In this document: positions 8,742-17,467 of the stretch, piece by piece
Layout: each line of letters opens with the position of its first letter
Numbering within the stretch: position 1 is the first letter of the stretch
Assembly (NCBI GenBank): GCA_964429295.1
Contig: CAYSBL010000006.1
Coordinates: 259-64,258, forward strand
Origin: an uncultured Rikenellaceae bacterium
GTDB taxonomy: Bacteria; Bacteroidota; Bacteroidia; Bacteroidales; VadinHA17
Length of the DNA stretch: 64,000 nt
Reading direction: 5' to 3'
Notes under the pieces: model-generated
Database searches by the model: none
Told to the model about the DNA's origin: nothing
The model's input: the letters and a program-made list of their open reading frames with translations, nothing else
Translations under genes and position numbers: made by a program

Positions 8742-9818
8742 GAAATCGCGGTTGTCAGCCTGGAGGTAATGCATTTCTCCGCCCATTCTGCTGAATGTTT
8801 TGCAATAACGCAGATAATAGGCAGGATTATCGGGAGGAGGCTCCCCCTGCTTGCTCCAGTCCCATTCATTTTTTGCAAGATCGACCACTACAATCAGATG
8901 GCCGTCAATGTGTTTTCCATTCCTGATTTCTATATTCTGAGCCATCGACAATGATTTTTCAAAGATCATTGGTGACATCACGGCAGATCCAACCGAAAGA
9001 TAAACTCCGCCATTGATATTCCCAACGCTGTTGGCATAGCACAGGAAATCCCTGACGGCAGTCCGTCCGACTGCCGAACCGTTATTGACAGGATGGGTGT
9101 ATATGATATCATGACCGATCATTGGGTGTCCTGTAAACGGAACTCCGAGTTCATAGGCTGCAGCTTGAACAGAATAATTTTTGAATGGGTGAGGTATGCC
9201 CATGAAGCCGGGCTTGATCCTGCGTTTTTTTATAACCTCAAAAAGGTCGGCAGCAGATGCTGCATATCCGGGATCCTCTTTTATATTTTTGACTGTCTGG
9301 TCGGCAAGAAACTGCAGATCGGGAATATCCAGACCTTCTCTTGATATCATTCTCCCAACCGATTCACCGTATCCCAGGTTTTCAAATGCACCGACGGCCA
9401 GAGCCAGGTTTATGAAAAGTCCGGTTTCCTGCCAGATACCAAACTGTCCCCTCTCAACATTTTCCCTTACGTTTTCTCCGGATTCCCCGCGGAAAGCAAA
9501 CTCCCAGTCATGAATGATGCCTGCACCGTTAGTGGCAAGGTGAGTTACCCAGCCATGGCGGATAAGCTCTGTCAGGACAGGGCCCAGTCCGTTTTTGATG
9601 GTATGGGCGCCAAAAGCAAGGATGACAGATTTTTCCCTTTTTCGGGCCTGTAAAATTCTCGATGCGGTTTCATTTATTATCTCGCGCGTATCATCCGAAA
9701 GGCCATCCGGTCTGTAAGCAGCGGGAACCTGCTTGTCACGGAAAATGATCTGGTTTTTCCTATCATCCAGGCTTCGGATCAGGAGGCGGTCACGGTCAAA
9801 TCTTCTGCCTGCCATCAT
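8697..9818 (-). CDS. uncharacterised protein with deoxyhypusine-synthase-like motif pattern
   Basis: GAHTIKNGLGPVLTELIRHGWVTHLATNGAGIIHDWEFA resembles the DHS-fold pattern (G-A-x-x-x-x-G ... TxGA/NGA-x-x-x-HD-x-E). The match is from memory only. The start overlaps the upstream gene's stop by 4 nt. Confidence 0.4.
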   Translation of the reverse strand: MMAGRRFDRDRLLIRSLDDRKNQIIFRDKQVPAAYRPDGLSDDTREIINETASRILQARKREKSVILAFGAHTIKNGLGPVLTELIRHGWVTHLATNGAGIIHDWEFAFRGESGENVRENVERGQFGIWQETGLFINLALAVGAFENLGYGESVGRMISREGLDIPDLQFLADQTVKNIKEDPGYAASAADLFEVIKKRRIKPGFMGIPHPFKNYSVQAAAYELGVPFTGHPMIGHDIIYTHPVNNGSAVGRTAVRDFLCYANSVGNINGGVYLSVGSAVMSPMIFEKSLSMAQNIEIRNGKHIDGHLIVVVDLAKNEWDWSKQGEPPPDNPAYYLRYCKTFSRMGGEMHYLQADNRDFLCELLHILTETAGG

Positions 9819-11719
9819 CTGATATTTAAGAGGTCAAGTAAAATTTTTGCCTGTGAGAAATCGGGAATTATGATATCGGCGCCAGCCTTTATCAACCTGG
9901 TTCTTTTTGAATGATTGAGGCCGAATCGCCTCAGCTCGTCGCTTGCAACACCCACCGTAAGGCCATTGCGTTTGTGGGTTTCCCTGATCTCTACCGGTCC
10001 GTCGCCAAACGTTACTATCGATGCTGCATCATCCTTTCCTATCGTATCAAGTATTGAATCGAGCACCATTTTCTTTGCTTCGGCATTTATGCTTCCGGTC
10101 GCTCCGTAAATCCTTCCTTCAAAAAGATGGGAGTAACCAAGTACGGCGGCTTCATGTTTTACATCATCGGTATCGGTCCCGCTTGTAAGCCATAGCCTGA
10201 TTCCTTTTTCATGCAGGATTTTCAGAAAAGGGATTGCATTTTTAACGGTAAGATCTTCAACTGTTATCTCTCCCCGTTTCAGTTTTCCTTCCCGCCTTTT
10301 TACCATTCTGAGAAGGTCTTCGTTATAAATCCCTTTATAACCATGAGGATCAAGAATATCGTTTTCTGCTACAAATCCGGAATCTCTTACAAGTCCGGCA
10401 AGATAAACCATTTGCCTGAGAGTCTGGATGCCAGTGGTTTTATCAATAAGCTCATCGACGACCGATTTTACTTTTCTTAAGATATTTTCATCAGCATTCT
10501 CGTATCTGTTTCCGAGTATTGCCCTTATCATCATGGGAGCCATTATCTGTTCCCAACCTTCCCGAAGAGTAGAAATTGTGCCGTCGTTGTCGAAAATGGC
10601 ATGTTTGATCTCCGGAGGCTTTTTCCATGAGGTTATTATTTCAATTTCAGAATCCGCTTTGTAATTTGCCTGCCGCATATCTTCAGCAAGATCAGGATGA
10701 TAAACAAAATCGGCATCGGTTGCAAGGCTTATCACTTCCTGAGGACTGGCGGTCCCGGTCTGAAAAAGTTTCCGGACTGTGACCCCTGCTGTGAAAGTGC
10801 CAAGCCGGGCTGCGGCACCAGGTGTACAGCCGGCGGCAAGTGCAGCAGCAGCCCCGGCAAGATAACTGTCGCCGGCCCCCACAGTGTCAGTGGGGGAAGT
10901 GATCATCACAGATTCTATTTCAATTATTCCCTTATTGTCGGTCACTATTGAACCACGGCTGCCCCTGGTTATGAAAAGAGGTTTTCCGTATCTCTCATAC
11001 AGCCTTTCGGCAGCATGAATGACCTCTGCATGGGACACTGATTCATCAGCAGCCCTGGCTACCCTGCAAAGCCTTGCAGCTTCCCTGTCATTCATCTTCC
11101 TGTACGCTCCTGTGTACTCGTCGGTGAATTGCCTGCTGTCGGTAATGAATATTTTCTCCGGAAACTGACTGATTACTTCCGTTATTTTCTCCCTGAAATA
11201 CGGAGTATGAATTCCCGAAGCGACCTGCTGGTTAATGATCGCCAGGTCGGTTTCGTGAAGTTCGACCCTCAGGTTTGCAATGATTCTGTCGGCAGTTTCA
11301 TCCGAAAGGATGTTGAAATTGCCGAAATCGATTCTGCTCTGTTCGTCATCACCGATATGAGGTTTAATGTAGACATGTGTAGACCAGTCGGTTTCCTGAA
11401 TTAGTAAATTCCGCGAATCAATGCCGTTGTTGTTCAGCAGGGAAATCATCTCTGCTCCGAATGGATCGTTTCCGATCACACCGAAAGCCCTTACATCCTT
11501 AACTCCAAGGGAGGTCAGGTTGCAGGCAACATTTCCGGCGCCACCAAGCGAGTACTTCTGACGTCTTACAGGGGTTGTGGATTTTCCTGTTTCTACAGAG
11601 ATCTCGCTTTTTGATTCATCGATGAACCAATAAGCATCGAGGCAGAAGTCTCCGATGACCGCTATTCGCGATTTGCGAATTTTTTCCAGTATTTCTTTGA
11701 GGAATTCCGGATTCATCAT
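9815..11719 (-). CDS. fusion protein: PfkB/ribokinase-family sugar(-phosphate) kinase (HldE kinase-domain-like) + C-terminal HAD phosphatase
   Basis: The N-terminal half has GDFCLDAYW...GGAGNVA and a DTVGAGDS anion-hole motif. The C-terminal half has the HAD motif I FDNDGTIS and a distal GDGPVE/ASDE motif. Total 634 aa. Confidence 0.72.
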   Translation of the reverse strand: MMNPEFLKEILEKIRKSRIAVIGDFCLDAYWFIDESKSEISVETGKSTTPVRRQKYSLGGAGNVACNLTSLGVKDVRAFGVIGNDPFGAEMISLLNNNGIDSRNLLIQETDWSTHVYIKPHIGDDEQSRIDFGNFNILSDETADRIIANLRVELHETDLAIINQQVASGIHTPYFREKITEVISQFPEKIFITDSRQFTDEYTGAYRKMNDREAARLCRVARAADESVSHAEVIHAAERLYERYGKPLFITRGSRGSIVTDNKGIIEIESVMITSPTDTVGAGDSYLAGAAAALAAGCTPGAAARLGTFTAGVTVRKLFQTGTASPQEVISLATDADFVYHPDLAEDMRQANYKADSEIEIITSWKKPPEIKHAIFDNDGTISTLREGWEQIMAPMMIRAILGNRYENADENILRKVKSVVDELIDKTTGIQTLRQMVYLAGLVRDSGFVAENDILDPHGYKGIYNEDLLRMVKRREGKLKRGEITVEDLTVKNAIPFLKILHEKGIRLWLTSGTDTDDVKHEAAVLGYSHLFEGRIYGATGSINAEAKKMVLDSILDTIGKDDAASIVTFGDGPVEIRETHKRNGLTVGVASDELRRFGLNHSKRTRLIKAGADIIIPDFSQAKILLDLLNIR

Positions 11720-11731
11720 TCAATGGTATTA

Positions 11732-12373
11732 TCAGCCGTAAAAATAGTTCTCGACAATAAGGCAGACTGTGTGCAGGGCAGGCAGGCATAATTCCTGAAC
11801 CCACGCAGTTCTGGTTTCAGGTACACTGATCAGAATATCGCAATACTGCTTCATTTTTCCACCGGTTTTTCCGGTGAAGCCGATGACATTCATGTTCAGG
11901 GCCCTGGCGGTTATGCACGCATCTATCACATTGACAGAGTTTCCTGAAGTGCTTAGTCCGACAAGAATATCTCCCTCGTTTCCATAGCCTATAACCTGCT
12001 GGGCAAATACAACCGAGGAGCCTGTATCGTTGCATATAGCGGTTGAAAGGGCTGTATTCGAAGGAAGCGGAATTGCCGGAAGTGCATGATTCAGTTTACC
12101 TCCGAGGAATCTGCCCCTTGAAGGTGATATTTCGCAGAGCCTGTCTTTCAGTGACTGATCGAGCGGTCTTTCTTTCTCAAAGCTTTTCATGAGCTCTGCG
12201 GAGAAGTGTTCAGCGTCGGCACTGCTTCCCCCGTTGCCGCATACAAGCAGCTTGCCTCCTCCGCTGTAACACCTGATTATCATTTCAGAGGCTTCAGCTA
12301 TATTGTCTTTCAAACCTGCCAGGGAAGGGTATCTGCGACAAAGTGTGTCAAGATGAATGTCAGTTTTCTTCAT
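11732..12373 (-). CDS. SIS-domain sugar-phosphate isomerase, GmhA/DiaA-like
   Basis: LLVCGNGGSSADAEHFSAEL is the GmhA-type signature, with a later STSGNS motif. The probable start is MKKTDIHLD at 12373, 1 nt after the murQ stop; the track start is 12415. Confidence 0.72.
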   Translation of the reverse strand: MKKTDIHLDTLCRRYPSLAGLKDNIAEASEMIIRCYSGGGKLLVCGNGGSSADAEHFSAELMKSFEKERPLDQSLKDRLCEISPSRGRFLGGKLNHALPAIPLPSNTALSTAICNDTGSSVVFAQQVIGYGNEGDILVGLSTSGNSVNVIDACITARALNMNVIGFTGKTGGKMKQYCDILISVPETRTAWVQELCLPALHTVCLIVENYFYG

Positions 12374-12374
12374 A

Positions 12375-13238
12375 TTATTTCTGACCGGTATTGTTGTTAT
12401 TTTCAATAAAGGCATCTAAGGCTTTCCTGACCGATCCGTGAAGAAGAAGGAGTTTTCTTGATGTCTCAGGATCAAGTCCGAGTTTATCCGAAATCATTTT
12501 GGTACCCCTGCTGATAAGTTTCTGGTTGGTAAGCTGCATATTAACCATAAGGTTCCCTTTTACCCTTCCCAGCCTGATCATGGTCGAGGTGGTTATCATA
12601 TTGAGGACCAGCTTTTGAGCGGTACCAGCCTTCATTCGGGTGCTTCCGGTTACGAATTCTGGTCCGGTAATTACTTCTATTGCAATATCTGCATTTTCCG
12701 CGACAGGAGTTCCCGGATTACAGGTTATGGCACCTGTGAAAATACCGTTCTGCCTTGCTCTTTTCAAGGCTCCTGTTACATAGGGTGTTGTTCCGGATGC
12801 AGCGATTCCGATCACCACATCGGAAGGTGTTGGTTTGAAAGCCAGAATATCCTTCCAGCCCAGTTCTTCATTGTCTTCAGCCATTTCAACTGCTTTTCTG
12901 ATCGCTCCGTCGCCTCCTGCTATCAATCCTACTACATATCCATGGTCGAGACCGAAGGTTGGGGGTATTTCGGATGCATCCACAATACCAAGGCGTCCGC
13001 TGGTTCCTGCACCGATATAAAAAATCCGGCCTCCCTTCTTCATTTTTGACACAATGGTTTCAACCAGCCGGGCGATTTCAGGGATAGATTTTCTGACAAT
13101 AAGTGCTACTTTCTGATCTTCAGTGTTTATGGATTGGAGTAATTCAGTTACCGGCATCTTTTCAAGATCGTGGTACAGGGATTCGGATTCTGTTATACTG
13201 GTCATTTTTTGTTGCTTGTTAAAATCAGTTTTGGACAT
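12375..13238 (-). CDS. murQ: N-acetylmuramic acid 6-phosphate etherase
   Basis: GRIFYIGAGTSGRLGIVDASEIPPTFG and the C-terminal GSTRMKAGTAQK are typical of MurQ. An alternative start lies at 13205. Confidence 0.85.
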   Translation of the reverse strand: MSKTDFNKQQKMTSITESESLYHDLEKMPVTELLQSINTEDQKVALIVRKSIPEIARLVETIVSKMKKGGRIFYIGAGTSGRLGIVDASEIPPTFGLDHGYVVGLIAGGDGAIRKAVEMAEDNEELGWKDILAFKPTPSDVVIGIAASGTTPYVTGALKRARQNGIFTGAITCNPGTPVAENADIAIEVITGPEFVTGSTRMKAGTAQKLVLNMITTSTMIRLGRVKGNLMVNMQLTNQKLISRGTKMISDKLGLDPETSRKLLLLHGSVRKALDAFIENNNNTGQK

Positions 13239-13274
13239 CCGTTTCAGGATGCTTTTTTGATAAGGCCAGGAAAT

Positions 13275-14120
13275 TTATGAATTTTCTTTGTGATACTGTA
13301 TCAGACCTTCGATTGGTCCCTGGCATACGGTTGATATTACAAAACCGTATCTGCTGAAGACCTCCTCCAGTATATCCCTGAAATGCCATGCTACCGAACC
13401 GGTGACAGCTAATCCGCTACCGGGGGGAATACCGTAAAGGTTTAAATTCCGGCGGACGAATTCCCCAAAGGAAATCTCAACCAGGTCCCTGCAGTAGGAT
13501 TCACTGATATGGTCATTCAGAAATTTCACAAAACCACCGATATAGCGGCTCGGGAATACTCCCCTGTATACGTTTGATACAATTTCATCCTTTTCAGCAC
13601 CGTAGATGCTTCTGAACTCATCTGAAAGTTTTTCCGGCATTATTCCCCTGAGGAAGTCTGCTATCAGCCTTTTTCCCAGTGCAGCCCCGCTTCCCTCATC
13701 ACCCAGAATAAATCCGAGAGGAGGTACGTTGGAGGTGATGTTTCTGCCGTCGTAATAACCTGAGTTTGATCCTGTTCCTATCATGCAGATATAACCCGGT
13801 CTGTTTCCGAGCAGACCCCTTGCAGCTCCCGTCAGGTCGGAAAGCACATTTACCCTGATGCCCGGAAGGGCTGAATTGACTGCTTCCGCAACTTTACGAA
13901 GCATGGCTTCTCCGGCACAGCCTGCGCCATAAAACCAGACCTCGTCGACCGGGGGATTGTTCATTGCCGGAAGAACTTCCAGTGTCAATACCTCCCGGAT
14001 TGTATCCTTCGACACGAAATTGGGATTGAGCCCTATGGTTGGAATGATCCCGGTTTCTCCGGTATCCGACATGGCGCACCAGTTTGTCTTGGTCCCGCCA
14101 CTTTCAGCTATTAGTATCAT
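13275..14120 (-). CDS. BadF/BadG/BcrA/BcrD-type ATPase, GlcNAc/MurNAc kinase-like (MurK-like)
   Basis: Has the N-terminal ILIAESGGTKTNW phosphate-1 motif and an internal GTGSNS motif. It lies directly upstream of murQ, as in the Tannerella murK-murQ arrangement. Confidence 0.7.
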   Translation of the reverse strand: MILIAESGGTKTNWCAMSDTGETGIIPTIGLNPNFVSKDTIREVLTLEVLPAMNNPPVDEVWFYGAGCAGEAMLRKVAEAVNSALPGIRVNVLSDLTGAARGLLGNRPGYICMIGTGSNSGYYDGRNITSNVPPLGFILGDEGSGAALGKRLIADFLRGIMPEKLSDEFRSIYGAEKDEIVSNVYRGVFPSRYIGGFVKFLNDHISESYCRDLVEISFGEFVRRNLNLYGIPPGSGLAVTGSVAWHFRDILEEVFSRYGFVISTVCQGPIEGLIQYHKENS

Positions 14121-14250
14121 ATCTCAAAATTACAATAATTATCCATACTTCATTCCTTCCCCTGACAGCTCAGATTGCAATCCTGAAGTACGTATTTATA
14201 CCCACTTCAAAATAGGTTTTAACCCTCTTATATGGCTATGTTCAAAAACG

Positions 14251-14258
14251 TACTTTTG
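14251..14258 (+). promoter_or_regulatory. candidate Bacteroidota -7 promoter box (TAnnTTTG)
   Basis: TACTTTTG lies 46 nt upstream of the ATG at 14304, in the 183-bp divergent intergenic region. No clear -33 TTTG was seen. Confidence 0.35.
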
Positions 14259-14303
14259 TTGTTAATAAAATAACAGAACCCGATTATATTAAACATTTCC
14301 TGA

Positions 14304-15014
14304 ATGGAAAACTACCTGGAACTGCTGAAGCAGGACATAAGGTTTGTGGAAGGGCTTAAGGCTTGCATGAACTGCGGTATCTGCACCGCAATATGTCCGG
14401 CAGCCGAATTCTATGACTATGATCCGCGGAAAATTGTTGACACGGTGCAGAAAGGTGACAACGAGGAGATCGAAAAGCTTCTCAGGTCGGAGACTATCTG
14501 GTACTGCGGAGAATGCATGTCGTGCAAGACAAGATGCCCCAGAGGCAACACTCCTGCTCTAGTGGTGATGTCTCTCAGAACACTCTCCCAGAAGCTGGGT
14601 TTTTTTACCGATTCTGAAAAGGGAAGGCAGCAATTTGCGATCAAGCGTACTGTAGGAGAGAATATTTTCAAATACGGATACTGCGTTGCCACTTATGCAG
14701 TCAGGCCCGATATGCACATGGAGCAGGGCCCCATCTGGCAGTATATACTTGACAATACCTACGATATATATGAGCGTCTGGGAGGCCAGATCAACGAGCT
14801 TGGAGCAGGTCCTTTAAGGAAGATCCCGGAAGACGCCAGGGAAGAGCTTAAGAAGATATTCGAGGTTACCGGCGGGACCGAGTTATATGAAACAATTGAA
14901 GCCCACTCTCGGAAAAAGGCTGCCGAGATGGGACTCCAGTTCGATGAGGAAGGAATCGACAATGAGTATTTCATTGAGACATACACCGCCGCAAACAAAA
15001 AACATACCTTTTGA
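14304..15014 (+). CDS. HdrC-like 2x[4Fe-4S] protein
   Basis: Two CX2CX2CX3CP motifs are present: CMNCGICTAICP and CGECMSCKTRCP. Size is 236 aa. Confidence 0.72.
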   Translation: MENYLELLKQDIRFVEGLKACMNCGICTAICPAAEFYDYDPRKIVDTVQKGDNEEIEKLLRSETIWYCGECMSCKTRCPRGNTPALVVMSLRTLSQKLGFFTDSEKGRQQFAIKRTVGENIFKYGYCVATYAVRPDMHMEQGPIWQYILDNTYDIYERLGGQINELGAGPLRKIPEDAREELKKIFEVTGGTELYETIEAHSRKKAAEMGLQFDEEGIDNEYFIETYTAANKKHTF

Positions 15015-15033
15015 TATCATTCATTCATTCAAT

Positions 15034-16095
15034 ATGCAACAGAAAGAAAGTAAAATGGTCTGGCGTGATTACCAGAAGGAAATTGCAGACGATCATTTTT
15101 TTTATGTAAGGTCATGTATCAGGCAGAGTTTTTTCCCTGGTTCAGAACAGTTTTTCCTGCATCTTTTGCGGGATGTTCTGGGCAAGGATGTGTATGAGAA
15201 TCCGTCACATACTACCTGTACCGGAATAGGCTATCATTCAGATGTAGTTCCGTTTTCGACCATACAGACCGTAATTGCCCGGCATTATGCCCTTATGAAG
15301 GAAGCCGGGTATAAGAATATAGCCATCTCTTGTGTAACTTCCTTCGGTATCTACACCGAGATACTTGAAACCTGGAAGCATTTTCCTGAGGAGCTTGAGA
15401 AGACCAGGGAATACCTTTACAAGGCTACCGGAAGGGAATTTGACGTTCCGGAAAATGTGGTTCATACAAGTGATCTCGTTTACAAGTTCCGCGACGAGAT
15501 AGCTGCCAGGGCAAAGTTTCCCCTTGTTAATAAGTTAACGGGAGAACCTCTTCGCGTGGTTGAGCATATCGGCTGTCATTATGCAAAGATATTCCCGAAA
15601 TATGGTGTGGGAGGGGCGGAATTTCCGCATGTTTTGAGCGGGATGATTGAGTCGTGGGGAGGACAGGTTGTCGATTATCCTGAAAGAAGGCACTGTTGCG
15701 GTTTCGGATTCAGACAATACCTGGTTCAGGCAAACAGGGGCTATTCGCTCTCAAACACTGTAAAGAAGTTTACATCGATGAAGCCATACAAACCCGACCT
15801 GGTTCTTACCAACTGCCCGGGTTGCACAATGTTCATGGATAAGTGGCAGTATACTATAAGGGAAATGGATGGAACCACCTTCGGAGCCGACGGCGAAGCC
15901 ATTCCTGTGCTTACCTACGAGGAGCTAGCAGCACTGGTCATGGGATACAATCCCTGGGATCTGGGACTACAGATACACATGGTTCAGTCGGAGCCCCTTC
16001 TCAGGAAGATGGGTATCGAATATGATCCCCGCGATAAATTTCTTACCAGGGACGGAAGGCAAATGCCAATACCGAAAGATCTTATAAATTCCTGA
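15034..16095 (+). CDS. HdrB-like CCG-domain protein
   Basis: Contains RRHCCGFGFRQY (CCG motif) and LTNCPGCTMF. The track ORF (14887) overlaps the previous gene, so the ATG at 15034 (MQQKESK) is preferred. Confidence 0.68.
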   Translation: MQQKESKMVWRDYQKEIADDHFFYVRSCIRQSFFPGSEQFFLHLLRDVLGKDVYENPSHTTCTGIGYHSDVVPFSTIQTVIARHYALMKEAGYKNIAISCVTSFGIYTEILETWKHFPEELEKTREYLYKATGREFDVPENVVHTSDLVYKFRDEIAARAKFPLVNKLTGEPLRVVEHIGCHYAKIFPKYGVGGAEFPHVLSGMIESWGGQVVDYPERRHCCGFGFRQYLVQANRGYSLSNTVKKFTSMKPYKPDLVLTNCPGCTMFMDKWQYTIREMDGTTFGADGEAIPVLTYEELAALVMGYNPWDLGLQIHMVQSEPLLRKMGIEYDPRDKFLTRDGRQMPIPKDLINS

Positions 16096-16096
16096 G

Positions 16097-17122
16097 ATGA
16101 GCCGGCGTGTTGTTGTCATAGGAGGAGGAACGGCAGGAATGGAAGCCGCAGGCCGGCTTGCCCGGGAAGGTGTTACGGTGACTCTTGTAGAAAAAGGACA
16201 GGACCTCGGAGGGCACCTCAGGAACTGGTATCATTTGTTTCCCGACAGGCGAAGCAGCGATGAGGTACTTGAATATCTCAACGGGCAGGTGTCGCATCAG
16301 AACATCCGTCTTTTGAAAGGCTGCCAGGTAACCGGGTTTCATCGGGATGGAAATGAATTCAGGGTAACCACGGGAAACGGCGAAACAATAAATGCAGATG
16401 CCCTGTTGCTGGCAACAGGTTTTGACCTGTTCAGGAGCGAACGGAAGGAAGAGTATGGCTATGGTATTTATGACAATGTTATTACCTCAGCCGATCTGGA
16501 AACAATGTTCAGGAAGAACGAGATTAAACTTGCAAATGGCCTTATCCCTGAAAGGATTGGATTTGTGCATTGTGTGGGTTCGAGGGATGAAAAAGTCGGC
16601 AACATCTACTGCTCAAAGCTTTGCTGCGTTACGGCAGTTAAGCAGGCTATTGAGGTCAGGAAGATAATCCCTTCGTGCAAAGCTGTTTGTTTCTATATGG
16701 ATATCAGGATGGGCGGCGCCCTGTATGAAGAACTATACAAGGAGGCCCAGGAAAAATACTCGGTAAGCTTCATCCGCGGAAAAGTGTCGGAAGTGGCTGT
16801 GAATATTTCTAACCGGCTTGTCGCCAAAGTAGAGGATACTCTTGTGGGACGTCCTCTTAAAATGGAGATGGATATGCTTGTTCTCATGGCAGGTATGGAA
16901 ATGGCGGAAGATGCTGTCAAGCTTGCTGATGAGGCAAAGCTGAAGAGGGGCGAGAACAGGTTTTTCCAGCCGGCCGATCATCATTTCGGTACGAACATGG
17001 GTAATGTCAGAGGTGTGTTTTATGCCGGCGCCTGCACAGCACCGCTGAACATAACGGAGACTATTTCCCATGCCCGCAGTGCTGTCATGGAAATAGTAAA
17101 CTATCTGAACTCAGCTAAGTAA
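16097..17122 (+). CDS. short HdrA-like FAD/[4Fe-4S] flavoprotein (341 aa)
   Basis: Has a VVVIGGGTAGMEAA dinucleotide fold and an intact HdrA cluster motif, CVGSRDEKVGNIYCSKLCC. The ATG lies 1 nt after the upstream stop. Confidence 0.8.
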   Translation: MSRRVVVIGGGTAGMEAAGRLAREGVTVTLVEKGQDLGGHLRNWYHLFPDRRSSDEVLEYLNGQVSHQNIRLLKGCQVTGFHRDGNEFRVTTGNGETINADALLLATGFDLFRSERKEEYGYGIYDNVITSADLETMFRKNEIKLANGLIPERIGFVHCVGSRDEKVGNIYCSKLCCVTAVKQAIEVRKIIPSCKAVCFYMDIRMGGALYEELYKEAQEKYSVSFIRGKVSEVAVNISNRLVAKVEDTLVGRPLKMEMDMLVLMAGMEMAEDAVKLADEAKLKRGENRFFQPADHHFGTNMGNVRGVFYAGACTAPLNITETISHARSAVMEIVNYLNSAK

Positions 17123-17467
17123 ATGGAGAAATTCGGATTTACACTTTCTAAAGCACGTGTCATCGATTATGACGCCAACGACCGCAGTATCGTTTCCTAT
17201 ATTATTGAAAGGGAACCAAGTCTTAAACTCTGTATTGAATGCGGAAGTTGCACGGCAACGTGCACAACAGGGAATTTCACCGGTTTCAGTCTGAGGGAGA
17301 TACATATTTTATTGAAAAGGGGTGAAAATGAACTGGTAAGGCAGAAAGTAAAGAAATGCATGCTGTGCGGCAAGTGCATTCTGGTCTGCCCAAGGGGAGT
17401 CAACACCCGCAATGTGGTAAGTCTGGCTAAACAGGCGTTCAGAAAAACAGAAGGCTATGAATTTTGA
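17123..17467 (+). CDS. small 2x[4Fe-4S] ferredoxin-like protein (HdrC2-like)
   Basis: Contains CIECGSCTATC and CMLCGKCILVCP. The ATG directly abuts the upstream stop. Confidence 0.68.
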   Translation: MEKFGFTLSKARVIDYDANDRSIVSYIIEREPSLKLCIECGSCTATCTTGNFTGFSLREIHILLKRGENELVRQKVKKCMLCGKCILVCPRGVNTRNVVSLAKQAFRKTEGYEF

